Below, piece by piece: positions 19,036 through 28,639 of a stretch of DNA of 64,000 nucleotides; within the stretch, counting starts at the first letter, position 1, and each line of letters begins with the position of its first letter. The position numbers and the translations under genes are program-made. Source of the DNA: Candidatus Methylomirabilota bacterium (lineage in GTDB: Bacteria > Methylomirabilota > Methylomirabilia > Rokubacteriales > CSP1-6). The stretch lies in the NCBI GenBank assembly GCA_035936835.1, contig DASYVT010000113.1:8072-72071 (forward strand), written 5' to 3'. The notes under the pieces are model-generated. The model searched no databases. It had not been told where the DNA came from and saw nothing but the letters and a program-made list of their open reading frames with translations.

Positions 19036-19815
19036 ATGCGGCTCTTCGACACCCACGCGCACCTGCACTTCCCCGACTACGCGGAGGATCTCGACGCCGT
19101 CCTCGAGCGCGCGCGCGGGGCGGGCGTGCGCGGCCTGGTGACGATCGGGACGGATCGGGATACCAACCGCGCCACGGTGGAGCTGGCGAAGCGGCTGCCC
19201 GACGTGTGGGCGACGGTCGGGATCCATCCTCACGACGCCGCCGAAGCGACGGAGGCCGATTTCGAGGAGATGGAGCGGCTCGCGAGTGAAGAGGCCAAGG
19301 TCGTCGGCTTCGGCGAGATGGGCCTCGATTTCTTCCGCAACCTCTCGCCGCCGGACGTCCAGCGCCAGGTCTTCCGCCGCCAGATCGACATCGCCCGCCG
19401 CGCGGGCAAGCCGCTGGTCATCCATTGCCGCGACGCGCACGCCGAGACGCTCGCGATCCTCGCCGAGGAGCGAGCGGGGGAGACCGGGGGCGTCATGCAC
19501 TGCTTCTCGGGGGACGTGGAAATCGCGCGGCGCTGTCTCGACCTGGGGCTCTACATCTCGCTGGCGGGGCCAGTGACCTACAAGAACGCCCGCGCGCTTC
19601 CCGACGTCGCCCGGTTCGTGCCCGAGGACCGCCTGGTCGTCGAAACCGACTGCCCGTACCTGCCGCCCACGCCGCACCGGGGGAAGCGCAACGAGCCCGC
19701 CTTCGTCGCGCTGACCGCCGCGCTCATCGCGGAGCTCCGAAACGCAGATCCCGAAGCGCTCTGCGATGCGCTCACGGCCAACGCGGCCAAGCTCTTCCGC
19801 ATCACGCTGACCTAA
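19036..19815 (+). CDS. tatD: TatD family hydrolase
   Basis: Motifs FDTHAHL, GIHPHD, GEMGLDF, HCRDA and ETDCPYL. Downstream of metG as in the conserved metG-tatD arrangement. The track ORF (18064) is an N-terminal over-extension. Confidence 0.9.
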   Translation: MRLFDTHAHLHFPDYAEDLDAVLERARGAGVRGLVTIGTDRDTNRATVELAKRLPDVWATVGIHPHDAAEATEADFEEMERLASEEAKVVGFGEMGLDFFRNLSPPDVQRQVFRRQIDIARRAGKPLVIHCRDAHAETLAILAEERAGETGGVMHCFSGDVEIARRCLDLGLYISLAGPVTYKNARALPDVARFVPEDRLVVETDCPYLPPTPHRGKRNEPAFVALTAALIAELRNADPEALCDALTANAAKLFRITLT

Positions 19816-19837
19816 CCCGTCTCACGGAGGCCCGACC

Positions 19838-20617
19838 ATGTCCTACGCCGACGTCCTGTACGAGGTCACGAACCAGATCGCGTGGCTGACCATCAACCGC
19901 CCGGACAAGGGCAACACCTTTCGGCGCCAGACCGTGCTCGATCTGATCGCCGCGCTCAACGACGCGCGCAATGACGCGGGCGTGCGCGTGGTCGTGCTGA
20001 CCGGCGCGGGCGACCGCTTCTTCTGCATCGGTGGCGAGAAGGAGCCCAACGACGGCCGGCTCCACTACCACAATACGCCGCCCGTCGTGGACCTCTACAG
20101 CCTCATCGACCTCATGCCCGTGCCCGTCATCGCCATGGTCAACGGCTTCGCAGTGGGCGGCGGCAACGTGCTCGCCAACATGTGCGACCTGACGGTGGCG
20201 AGCGATCAGGCGACCTTCCGGCAGGTGGGGCCGATGATGGGCTCCTACGACGCGGGCTTCGGCACCTGGTACCTGGAAGACTCGGTGGGCAGAAAGCGCG
20301 CCAAGGAGATCTGGTACCTCAACCGCAAGTACGGCGCGAAGGAGGCGCAGGCGATGGGTCTCGTGAACGACGTGGCGCCGCACGCGGAGCTGCGCGCGCG
20401 CACCGAGGCGATCTGCGAGGAGCTGAAGAAGCGCGGGCCGCAGGCGCTCGCCGCGCTCAAGGCCGCCTTCCACGCGCGCCACAACGGCGTCTTCGGCATG
20501 AGCCGCATCACCATCGACCACCTCGTGGCGAACTACTACCACACGGACGAGGCGAAGGAGATGGGCCGCGCCTTCAACGACAAGAAGGACCCGAACCCCG
20601 AGAAATTCTACCGCTAG
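19838..20617 (+). CDS. Crotonase-superfamily enzyme of the MenB/BadI subfamily (1,4-dihydroxy-2-naphthoyl-CoA synthase / 2-ketocyclohexanecarboxyl-CoA hydrolase-like)
   Basis: Strong similarity to the MenB C-terminal signature (GSYDAGFGTWYLEDSVGRKRAKEIWYLNRKYGAKEAQAMGLVN...FNDKKDPNPEKFYR). Confidence 0.8.
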   Translation: MSYADVLYEVTNQIAWLTINRPDKGNTFRRQTVLDLIAALNDARNDAGVRVVVLTGAGDRFFCIGGEKEPNDGRLHYHNTPPVVDLYSLIDLMPVPVIAMVNGFAVGGGNVLANMCDLTVASDQATFRQVGPMMGSYDAGFGTWYLEDSVGRKRAKEIWYLNRKYGAKEAQAMGLVNDVAPHAELRARTEAICEELKKRGPQALAALKAAFHARHNGVFGMSRITIDHLVANYYHTDEAKEMGRAFNDKKDPNPEKFYR

Positions 20618-20886
20618 GCGCGGGCGAGGAGCGACAGGGCTTGGTCGGCGTCGGCCGCGGCGACGAAAAGGGTTACCGCGCCCGCGTCGCCGACGCTGAA
20701 CGGATGCACGGACTGGACGAACTGCCCGCGCATCACCGCGGGGATGCCGTGACCGTCCAGGAGCGCGCGCACCACGAGCGCCTCGGCCTGGTCCCGGCAG
20801 CGGCGCACCTTGACGAGGGCAGGAGCAGCGGGCTCGGCCGGCGGCTGCCGCTTCGGGAACTGGATGACCTTGCCCCGGCGTGTCAT
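20614..20886 (-). CDS. DUF2007 domain protein (putative signal-transducing protein)
   Basis: A 90-aa core from an internal ATG that overlaps the upstream gene stop by 4 nt. The track ORF start is an over-extension. Confidence 0.5.
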   Translation of the reverse strand: MTRRGKVIQFPKRQPPAEPAAPALVKVRRCRDQAEALVVRALLDGHGIPAVMRGQFVQSVHPFSVGDAGAVTLFVAAADADQALSLLARA

Positions 20887-21752
20887 CGTGAGGCCTTGTA
20901 CCACTCGTAGATGTCCTCGCCGGTGGTGAACCAGACGCCCTTCTTCTTCCGCATGTAGTCGTAGACCGCCTCGAAGTACTTGATCCGGTGCGGCACGCCC
21001 GAGATGTAGGGATGCACGGCGAGGGCCATCACGCGCGGGTTCCTGGCGCCCTCGGCGTAGAGCCGGTCGAACTGGTCTTTGGCGCGCTGCAGCCATTCGG
21101 ATGACGTGTGGTGCTGGATCACCATCATCGGGATGTCGTTGAGCTCGATCGTGTACGGCACCGAAACGAGCGGGCCCGCCGTCGTGCGGATCTCGTAGGG
21201 CTGGTCATCGTTGACCCAGTCGGACACGTACTCGATCCCCTCCTGGGCGAGGTAGTCGAGCGTCTCCCAGGTCTCGGTCAGTCCCGGGCCCAGCCAGCCC
21301 TTGGGCTTCTTGCCGGTGAACTTCTTGAGCATCTCGACGGACTGGCGGATGGCCGCGCGCTGGTCGGGCAGGAGGTGCATCGCGCCCTGGATCACGCCGT
21401 GGGCCATGAACTCCCACCCCGCGTCGAGCATCGCCTTGGCCACGGGCGTGTACGACTCGACCACGTGGGCGTTGATCGACGTAGTCGCGCGGATCTTGCG
21501 CTTGGCGAGCGCCTCGAGCAGCCGCCAGAAGCCCACGCGCATCCCGTAGTCGTGCCACGCCCAGTTCGGCACGTCGGGCACCGTGCTGACGCCCTGCGGC
21601 GCCGTCAGGTACTGGCGGGCCATCGGCTTCTCGATGTCCCACTCTTCGATGTTGACGATCGTCCAGACGGCGATGCGCGCGCCCTTGGGCAGTGTCCACG
21701 GGCGGCGGCTCGTGATCGGTGAATAGTCGAAGCGGTCGCGGGGGAGTCTCAC
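20883..21752 (-). CDS. Polysaccharide deacetylase family protein (NodB-fold, PuuE-like)
   Basis: 289-aa NodB-like fold (…WHDYGMRVG…FMAHGV…). Family-level call. Confidence 0.7.
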   Translation of the reverse strand: MRLPRDRFDYSPITSRRPWTLPKGARIAVWTIVNIEEWDIEKPMARQYLTAPQGVSTVPDVPNWAWHDYGMRVGFWRLLEALAKRKIRATTSINAHVVESYTPVAKAMLDAGWEFMAHGVIQGAMHLLPDQRAAIRQSVEMLKKFTGKKPKGWLGPGLTETWETLDYLAQEGIEYVSDWVNDDQPYEIRTTAGPLVSVPYTIELNDIPMMVIQHHTSSEWLQRAKDQFDRLYAEGARNPRVMALAVHPYISGVPHRIKYFEAVYDYMRKKKGVWFTTGEDIYEWYKASR

Positions 21753-21803
21753 GGTAACCTTGAGACTACCATCGCCTGAGCATTAAGGGTAGAATCCCGA
21801 CCC

Positions 21804-22808
21804 ATGACCAAGCCCCTCGGCATCGACGTCCACGCCCACTTTTTCCCCGAGACCTTCATCCGCGTCGTTGAGGAGGCGGGGGCGTCGTTCGGCGCGGGCG
21901 TGGACCGCTCGAACCCGAGAGGCCCCGTCCTCGTGATCGGCGGATCGCGCACGGCGGTGCTCGAGGCGCGCTACTGGGACCTCGATCTTCGCATCCGCTC
22001 GATGAACCGGCAGGGCGTGGCCGTGCAGGCGCTCTCGCTCACCGCCCCGATGGTGTACTGGGCCGACGGCGCGACCGGCGCGCGCCTCGCAGCATCGTTC
22101 AACGACGCCGCGAGCGCGGCGCACGTCGCGCACCCGGACCGCTTCGTTGCCTGCGCCACGCTGCCGATGCAGGATCCTGCGCGGGCGCTCGCTGAACTCC
22201 AGCGCGCGGCCAACCTGCCCGGCATCAGGGGTGTCTACATGGGCACCAATGTCGGCGGCCGCGAGCTGTCCGACCCGGCGTTCTTCCCCATTTTCGAGCG
22301 CGCAGCGGCGCTCAGGCTGCCCGTGCTGCTGCATCCCCTCCGCGTGGTCGGCGCCGAGCGGTTGACGCCCTTCTACCTCGGCAACCTCCTCGGCAACCCG
22401 TTCGACACCGCGATCGCCGCCGCGCACCTGGTGTTCGGAGGCGTCCTCGACCGGCTGCCGAAGCTCGAAGTCTGCCTGCCCCACGCGGGCGGCGCCATGC
22501 CGTACCTCCACGGCCGTCTCCGTCACGGCCAGGGCGTGAGGCCGGAAACGAAAGACCGGGCGAAGAAACCCTTCAGCGCCTATCTCCGCCGCTTCAGCTA
22601 CGACATCATCAGCCACGACGCGGGCGCGCTTCGCTACCTCGTCGACACGGTCGGCGCGGACCGCGTGATGCTCGGCACCGACTTCTGCTTCGACATGGGG
22701 TACGAGCGGCCGCTCGCGATCATCCAGGCCAAAGCAACGGCGCTCAGCCGGAAGAACCAGGACCGCGTCGTCCGCGGGAACGCCGCCCGCTTGCTGCGCT
22801 TGGGCTAG
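21804..22808 (+). CDS. Amidohydrolase-2 family protein (ACMSD / LigJ-like metal-dependent hydrolase or decarboxylase)
   Basis: N-terminal IDVHAHFFP start and TIM-barrel metal ligands. PF04909-like. Confidence 0.75.
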   Translation: MTKPLGIDVHAHFFPETFIRVVEEAGASFGAGVDRSNPRGPVLVIGGSRTAVLEARYWDLDLRIRSMNRQGVAVQALSLTAPMVYWADGATGARLAASFNDAASAAHVAHPDRFVACATLPMQDPARALAELQRAANLPGIRGVYMGTNVGGRELSDPAFFPIFERAAALRLPVLLHPLRVVGAERLTPFYLGNLLGNPFDTAIAAAHLVFGGVLDRLPKLEVCLPHAGGAMPYLHGRLRHGQGVRPETKDRAKKPFSAYLRRFSYDIISHDAGALRYLVDTVGADRVMLGTDFCFDMGYERPLAIIQAKATALSRKNQDRVVRGNAARLLRLG

Positions 22809-22815
22809 GCCTCGC

Positions 22816-23676
22816 GTGCGGCCGGACTTCTGGGTCGTCCAGACGTTCAACGGCGTGTCGTACGGCGCGCTCCTCTTCCTCCTCGCGAGCGGGCTCTCGC
22901 TGATCTTCGGCGTCATGCGCATCGTCAACATGGCCCACGGCTCCTACTTCATGCTGGGCGGCTACCTGGGGTTGACGGTGGCGCTCCGCACCCGGAGCTT
23001 CGCGATGGCAGTGATCGTTGCGACCGTCGCGATCGCGCTGGTCGGGATGGGGATGGAGCGCTTCTTCCTGCGCAGGCTTCGCGGCCAGGACCTGGGACAG
23101 GTGCTCATGACGATCGGCTTCGCGCTGATCTTCCAGGACCTGGCGCTCCTGATCTGGGGCGGCGATCCCTACAACCTGCCGGTGCCCGCGGCCCTCTCGG
23201 GTGCGCTGCGCATGGGCGGCGCCGTCTTCCCCGTCTACCGCATCTTCATCGTGGGCGTCGCCGTCGCCGTCGGTGTCGGGCTCTGGCTCCTGCTGGACCG
23301 GACGCGGGTCGGCGCCATGATCCGCGCCGCGGTGGACGACGGCGAGATGGCGCAGGGCGTGGGGATCAACGTGCCGCGGATCTCCCTCGCCGTCTTCGGG
23401 CTCGGCGCGGGGCTGGCCGCGCTCGGCGGCGTCATCGGCGCCGGCTTCCTCGGCGTCTACCCGGGCGCCGACTTCGAGGTGCTCCCGTACGCCTTCGTCG
23501 TCGTGATCGTGGGCGGCCTCGGCAGCCTGCCGGGCGCCATGGCGGGCAGTCTCCTCGTCGGGCTCCTCGACAACTTCGGCAAGGCGCTCTTTCCCGAGCT
23601 GGCCTACTTCACGCTGTTCGCTCCGATGGCCCTGATCCTCGCCATCCGGCCCACCGGGCTCTTCGGCCGGGGCTGA
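22816..23676 (+). CDS. Branched-chain amino acid-type ABC transporter permease (LivH-like)
   Basis: Multi-TM protein with LivH-type motifs. First gene of a permease-permease-SBP-ATPase-ATPase block. Confidence 0.85.
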   Translation: MRPDFWVVQTFNGVSYGALLFLLASGLSLIFGVMRIVNMAHGSYFMLGGYLGLTVALRTRSFAMAVIVATVAIALVGMGMERFFLRRLRGQDLGQVLMTIGFALIFQDLALLIWGGDPYNLPVPAALSGALRMGGAVFPVYRIFIVGVAVAVGVGLWLLLDRTRVGAMIRAAVDDGEMAQGVGINVPRISLAVFGLGAGLAALGGVIGAGFLGVYPGADFEVLPYAFVVVIVGGLGSLPGAMAGSLLVGLLDNFGKALFPELAYFTLFAPMALILAIRPTGLFGRG

Positions 23677-23698
23677 TGATCGCGGCGAGCCGCTTCGC

Positions 23699-24622
23699 GT
23701 GATTCGCCGGCGCGCGGCCTTTGCAGTGGTTGTCGTTGGTGGGCTGGCCGCCCTTGGGCCGGTGATGCCCGCGTATCCGCTGACCCTCCTTACCCAGGCG
23801 CTCATCTTCGGCATTCTCGCCATGAGCCTCGATGTGCTGCTGGGCTACACGGGGCTGCCGTCGCTCGGTCAGGCCGCGTATTTCGGCGTCGCCGCGTATG
23901 CCGTCGCGCTGCTTGCCACCGAACGCCAGGTCGGCCTCCTCGGCTGCGCCGCGGCCGGCATCGCCCTGGCGGCCGTCACCGCCGCCGTCTTCGGCGTCAT
24001 CGCCATCCGCGCGAGGGGCACGTACTTTCTCATGATCACGCTCGCCTTGGGCATGGTCGTGTGGGGGCTCGCTTTCCGGTGGGTGTCGCTCACCAAGGGA
24101 GACAACGGCGTCTCGGGCGTGCCGCGGCCGGAGCTCGGCGCGCTGAGCCTCAGCGCGCCTCTGCCCTTCTTCTACTTCTCGCTCCTGACGGCGGCCGCGG
24201 CGTGGGCGCTGCTCGGGCTCCTCGTGGTGTCGCCCTTCGGGCTCGGGCTCAAGGGCATCCGCGGCAGCGAGTCGCGCATGGAGGCGCTCGGCTACAACGT
24301 GTGGCTTCACAAGTACGTCGCCTTCGTGCTCGCCGGCACCTTCGCGGGCGTGGCCGGCGTCCTCTGGGCCTACTACAACGGCTTCGTCGGCCCAACAGAC
24401 GTCCAGCTCGTGACATCCGTCGAGGCGCTCCTGATGACGGCGCTCGGCGGCCCGGGCACCCTGATCGGCCCCGCGATCGGCGCCGGGATCATCGTGTTCC
24501 TCAAAAACTTCGTGAGCGTGTACACCAAGCGCTGGCTCCTCATCCTGGGAGCCGTCTACATCGGCGTCATCCTGTTCGCCCCGCACGGCGTCGTCGGCGC
24601 GCTCCGCGGCCGACGGCGCTGA
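23699..24622 (+). CDS. Branched-chain amino acid-type ABC transporter permease (LivM-like)
   Basis: Multi-TM LivM-like protein that follows LivH. Confidence 0.85.
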   Translation: MIRRRAAFAVVVVGGLAALGPVMPAYPLTLLTQALIFGILAMSLDVLLGYTGLPSLGQAAYFGVAAYAVALLATERQVGLLGCAAAGIALAAVTAAVFGVIAIRARGTYFLMITLALGMVVWGLAFRWVSLTKGDNGVSGVPRPELGALSLSAPLPFFYFSLLTAAAAWALLGLLVVSPFGLGLKGIRGSESRMEALGYNVWLHKYVAFVLAGTFAGVAGVLWAYYNGFVGPTDVQLVTSVEALLMTALGGPGTLIGPAIGAGIIVFLKNFVSVYTKRWLLILGAVYIGVILFAPHGVVGALRGRRR

Positions 24623-24639
24623 ACGCAAGGAGGCCCGTC

Positions 24640-25881
24640 ATGTTCATTCGCTTCGCCGTGTTCATCGCGCTGCTGGCGCTGGCGTCGGCCGGAACGGCCC
24701 CGGCGCCCGCCGACGCCCAGAGCGGTCCCATCAAGATCGGCCTGCTGGCGCCGCTCAGCGGCGCCGCCTCGGCCCTCGGCAAGGACATGCTGAGCGGCAG
24801 CGAGCTGTACCTGGACGAGATCAACCGGCAGGTCGCGGGCCGGAAGATCGAGCTGATCGTCGAGGACACCGAGGGCGTCACGGCCACGGCGCTGACCAAG
24901 GCGCGCAAGCTGGTGGACCAGGACCACGTGGCGCTCCTCACGGGCGGTCTCCTCGCCTCGACGGGGTACGCGCTCCATCCCTTCGCCGACGCGGCGAAGA
25001 TCCCGACGACATACCCGGTCATGTCCTCCGACGACCTGACCCAGCGCAAGCCCGCCAAGTGGGTGGTGCGGACGGGATGGAACAGCAGCCAGTCGATGCA
25101 GCCCTTCGGCGAGTGGGTCGCCAAGAACCTCAAGTACAAGAAGGTCGCCACCATCGGCTTCGACTACGCCTTCGGGTGGGAGACGGTGGGCGGCTTCCAG
25201 CGCACCTTCGAGGAGTCGGGCGGCCAGATCATCCAGAAGATATGGACGCCGCTGAACACCACCGACTTCTCGCCCTTCATCGCCCAGATCAAGGGCGACG
25301 CCGATGCCGTCTTCGCCGTCTTCTTCGGCCGCGGGTCGCTCCAGTTCGTGAAGCAGTACGCCGACTCGGGGCTGAAGGCGAAGATCCCGCTCCTCGGAAA
25401 CGGCACGGTCACGGACGAGTCGGTGCTGCCGCAGATGAGCGACGAGGCGCTGAACGTCTACACCGCGCTCCACTACTCGGCCGCGCTCGACACCCCCGCC
25501 AACAAGAAGTACGCGAAGGCCTTCGAGGCCAAGGCGGGCAAGGTGCCCTCCTACTACGCCGAGACCTGCTACACCAACATGCGCTGGATCGTGGAGGCCA
25601 TCAAGGCGATCAACGGCAAGGTCGAGGATCGCGAGGCCTTCCTGGCCGCGCTCAAGAAGGTGGAGTTGAAGGACTTCCCGCGCGGCCCGGTCGTGATAGA
25701 CAAATGGGGCAACCCGATCCAGAACGTCTACATCCGCAAGGTCGAGCGCGTGGGCGGCCAGCTCCAGAACTCCGTGATCTTCACGTACCCGGCGGTGAGC
25801 CAGTTCTGGAAGTACAACCCCGACGAGTTCCTGAAGATGCCGCTGTACACGCGCGACTACCCGCCATGCAAATACTGCTAG
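24640..25881 (+). CDS. Liv-type ABC transporter substrate-binding protein (periplasmic binding protein type I)
   Basis: Signal peptide and IKIGLLAPLSGAAS motif. AGGAGG RBS upstream. The track ORF (24061) is an N-terminal over-extension. Confidence 0.85.
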   Translation: MFIRFAVFIALLALASAGTAPAPADAQSGPIKIGLLAPLSGAASALGKDMLSGSELYLDEINRQVAGRKIELIVEDTEGVTATALTKARKLVDQDHVALLTGGLLASTGYALHPFADAAKIPTTYPVMSSDDLTQRKPAKWVVRTGWNSSQSMQPFGEWVAKNLKYKKVATIGFDYAFGWETVGGFQRTFEESGGQIIQKIWTPLNTTDFSPFIAQIKGDADAVFAVFFGRGSLQFVKQYADSGLKAKIPLLGNGTVTDESVLPQMSDEALNVYTALHYSAALDTPANKKYAKAFEAKAGKVPSYYAETCYTNMRWIVEAIKAINGKVEDREAFLAALKKVELKDFPRGPVVIDKWGNPIQNVYIRKVERVGGQLQNSVIFTYPAVSQFWKYNPDEFLKMPLYTRDYPPCKYC

Positions 25882-25919
25882 TACCGGGCCGATTCACTTC
25901 GCCATACTTCGTTCTCGGT

Positions 25920-25975
25920 CGGCGCGGGCCCTCAACGTACGGCAAGTACGCCTCGGGCCCGCGCCTCCCTCGGGC
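25920..25975 (+). other. GC-rich 11-bp stem (CGGCGCGGGCCC...GGGCCCGCGCC) with a 25-nt loop, located between the SBP and ATPase genes
   Basis: Inverted repeat read directly from the sequence. Intercistronic hairpins downstream of SBP genes commonly stabilise the upstream mRNA or attenuate readthrough. Confidence 0.45.
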
Positions 25976-26027
25976 CTCGTCTGGCTCGTGACTAGGCCCG
26001 GCACACCGTGAAGCGAGTGCGCTGAGG

Positions 26028-26768
26028 ATGGAGTTCGCGCTGCAGCTCGAGGGCGTGTCCAAGTCCTTCGGCGGGCTTCAGGCGCTCGCGGGCGTGACGC
26101 TTGCCGTGCGTCCGGGAGAGCGGCGCGCGCTCATCGGGCCGAACGGGGCGGGGAAGACCACGCTGTTCAACCTCATCTCGGGGTCCTTGCCCGTCACGGC
26201 CGGCACCATCACGCTCTTCGGGCGCGACGTGACGGACACTCCTGCCCACGTCCGCGCCGCCGAGGGTCTCGCCCGCACCTTTCAGATCACCAACCTCTTC
26301 CCTGACCTGACGGTGCTGGAGAACTGCCTGCTCGCCGTCCAGGCGCTGACGCCAACGCGCTTCGCCATGCTGCGCCCGGTCGGCGCCTATATCGGCCTCC
26401 ACGCCCGCGCGCGCGCCACGCTCGAATCGGTCGGGCTCGACGGCGTCGGCGACGCCCTGGTGAAAAATCTCTCCCACGGCGAGCAGCGCCAGCTCGAAAT
26501 CGCACTGGCCCTGGCCGGGCGGCCCCGCGTGCTCCTGCTCGACGAGCCCACGGCCGGGCTGTCGCCGGCGGAGTCCCGCCTCATGGCCGGTCTCCTGGCC
26601 CGCCTCGACCCCGCCATCACCGTCCTCATGATCGAGCACGACATGGACATCGCCCTCGAGCTCTCGCCCCACGTGACGGTGCTCCACTACGGGCGCGTCA
26701 TCGCCGACGGCCCGCGCGCCGAGGTCCGGCGCGATCCACAAGTTAGGGAGATCTACCTCGGTGCCTGA
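26028..26768 (+). CDS. ABC transporter ATP-binding protein (LivG-like)
   Basis: Walker A (GPNGAGKTT), ABC signature and Walker B. Confidence 0.9.
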   Translation: MEFALQLEGVSKSFGGLQALAGVTLAVRPGERRALIGPNGAGKTTLFNLISGSLPVTAGTITLFGRDVTDTPAHVRAAEGLARTFQITNLFPDLTVLENCLLAVQALTPTRFAMLRPVGAYIGLHARARATLESVGLDGVGDALVKNLSHGEQRQLEIALALAGRPRVLLLDEPTAGLSPAESRLMAGLLARLDPAITVLMIEHDMDIALELSPHVTVLHYGRVIADGPRAEVRRDPQVREIYLGA

Positions 26769-27471
26769 ACCCCACGCGGCGCTCGAGGTCGAGGACATCC
26801 ACACGTACTACGGCGAGAGCCACGTGCTCCAGGGCGTCTCGCTCCGCGTCGCCCCAGGCGAGGTGCTGGCCATCCTCGGCCGGAACGGGATGGGCAAGAC
26901 GACCCTCATCCGCTCCATCATCGGCTTCACCCCTCCAAGGCGCGGCAGCGTCCGCTTCAAGGATCAGGACATCACGCGCTGGCCTCCGTATCGGATGATC
27001 GAAGCCGGGATGGCGCTCGTGCCGCAGGGCCGGCGCGTCTTCCCCTCGCTGACGGTGCGGGAGAACCTGGACGTCGCCAGGAGCGGCGGCGGCCGCTGGA
27101 CCATCGAGCGCGTGCACGCGCTCTTCCCACGCCTGGCCGAGCGCGGCAGGAACCGCGCCAACAAGCTATCCGGCGGTGAGCAGCAGATGCTGGCGATCGG
27201 CCGGGCGCTCATGACCAACCCCGACCTGCTCCTGCTCGACGAGCCCACCGAGGGGTTGGCACCTCTCCTCGTGAGAGAAGTCGGCCGGGTCATCGGCGAG
27301 CTGAAGCGCGAAGGCCTGTCCATCCTGCTCGTGGAGCAGAACCTGCCGCTGGCGCTCTCCGTGGCGGATCGCACGCATATCCTGAGCCGCGGCCAGATCG
27401 TCCACTCGTCGCGGCCCGACGAGCTTCTCGCCAACGAGGACGTGAAATCGCGCTATCTTGGAGTGGCGTGA
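26761..27471 (+). CDS. ABC transporter ATP-binding protein (LivF-like)
   Basis: Walker A (GRNGMGKTT), LSGGEQQ signature and LLLDEP Walker B. Overlaps livG by 8 nt. Confidence 0.9.
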   Translation: MPEPHAALEVEDIHTYYGESHVLQGVSLRVAPGEVLAILGRNGMGKTTLIRSIIGFTPPRRGSVRFKDQDITRWPPYRMIEAGMALVPQGRRVFPSLTVRENLDVARSGGGRWTIERVHALFPRLAERGRNRANKLSGGEQQMLAIGRALMTNPDLLLLDEPTEGLAPLLVREVGRVIGELKREGLSILLVEQNLPLALSVADRTHILSRGQIVHSSRPDELLANEDVKSRYLGVA

Positions 27472-27484
27472 CGGAGGTCACGGC

Positions 27485-28546
27485 ATGAAATTCGGCACCT
27501 TCTACTTCTTCCAGGCCACGCCGGGACAGCGCCACGCCGACATCATCCGTGGCGAGCTCGACCAGATCGAGTGGACGGAAGAGCTGGGCTTCGACGAGAT
27601 CTGGCTCACCGAGCACCACTTCATCGAGTACGGGCTCTCGGTCGACCCGGCGGCGCTCGCCTCCGCGGCCGCCTCGCGCACGCGACGGATCCGCATCGGC
27701 CTGGCCGCCGCCATCCTGCCCTTCCATCACCCGATCCGGCTCGCCGAGCAAATGGCGCTGGTGGACATCATCTCGAACGGCCGGCTCGATGTCGGCGTCG
27801 GCCGCGGCAACCGCCCCGCCGAGTTCCGCGGCTATCGCGTCCCGCAGGAGGAGAGCCGCGAGCGCTTCGACGAGGCCGTGGAGATCATGCAGCGCGCGTG
27901 GACCGAGGACCGCTTCAGTTACGACGGGCGCTTCTTCACGGTGTCCGAGGTGTCCGTCATCCCCAAGCCCGTGCAGCGGCCGCACCCGCCGCTCTACCAG
28001 GTGTGCGTGACGAAGGACGGCATCGAGAACACGGCGCTCCGCGGCTGGCCCATGCTCAACTCCGTCCTCTTCGGCCCCGTCAGCCAGCTCGTCACCAACC
28101 GCGATACCTACGTCGAGACTCTGAAGAAGTCGGGGCGCAGCCCGGAAGAGATCGCGGGCCTTCTCTCCCGCTGGGGCGTCTCGCGCCAGATCTACGTGGC
28201 GGAGACCGATGCGAAGGCGCTCGCCGAGGCCAAGGACGCCGAGCTCTGGTACCAGGAGTCCTTCAAGAAGTTCGTCGTCCCCGACCGCATCGAGGACGCG
28301 CACCCGTCGCTCCAGCCCGGCTTCCGTGCCATGGCGGAGCGCCTCTCCAAGGTCACGTGGGAAGGGCTCGTCGCCGAGACGCTCGCCTTCGGCTCGCCCG
28401 ACACGGTCGCGCGGCACATCGAGGAGATGCGCCAGCTGGGCGTCGGGCAGGTGATGTGCTGGATGAACTTCGGCGGTCTCTCTCAGGACAGGGTGCGCCG
28501 CTCCATGGAGCTCTTCGCGAGCGAGGTCATGCCGCGCTTCCGCTAG
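27485..28546 (+). CDS. LLM-class (luciferase-like) flavin- or F420-dependent oxidoreductase
   Basis: Motifs MKFGTFYFFQ, GFDEIWLTEHHF and a TIM-barrel LLM fold. GGAGG RBS. Confidence 0.8.
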   Translation: MKFGTFYFFQATPGQRHADIIRGELDQIEWTEELGFDEIWLTEHHFIEYGLSVDPAALASAAASRTRRIRIGLAAAILPFHHPIRLAEQMALVDIISNGRLDVGVGRGNRPAEFRGYRVPQEESRERFDEAVEIMQRAWTEDRFSYDGRFFTVSEVSVIPKPVQRPHPPLYQVCVTKDGIENTALRGWPMLNSVLFGPVSQLVTNRDTYVETLKKSGRSPEEIAGLLSRWGVSRQIYVAETDAKALAEAKDAELWYQESFKKFVVPDRIEDAHPSLQPGFRAMAERLSKVTWEGLVAETLAFGSPDTVARHIEEMRQLGVGQVMCWMNFGGLSQDRVRRSMELFASEVMPRFR

Positions 28547-28550
28547 CCAC

Positions 28551-28573
28551 ACCCCTCTCCCCTCAGGGGAGAG
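28551..28573 (+). repeat. REP-like palindromic hairpin CCCTCTCCCCT-c-AGGGGAGAGGG. A nearly identical copy lies at 31715-31739, and a second short palindrome (CGCTCGcttCGAGCG) at 28592-28606.
   Basis: Perfect inverted repeat seen in the sequence. Dispersed second copy within 3.2 kb. Confidence 0.7.
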
Positions 28574-28639
28574 GGTCGCAGTTCGAGCTGAGACGCTCGC
28601 TTCGAGCGGCGAGGCGAGGGCTGAGAAGATGAGGGGTTC

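Noticed and set aside
24061-24639. N-terminal extension of the Liv SBP ORF
   Set aside because: It overlaps the LivM permease gene. A signal peptide and RBS are present at the internal ATG at 24640.
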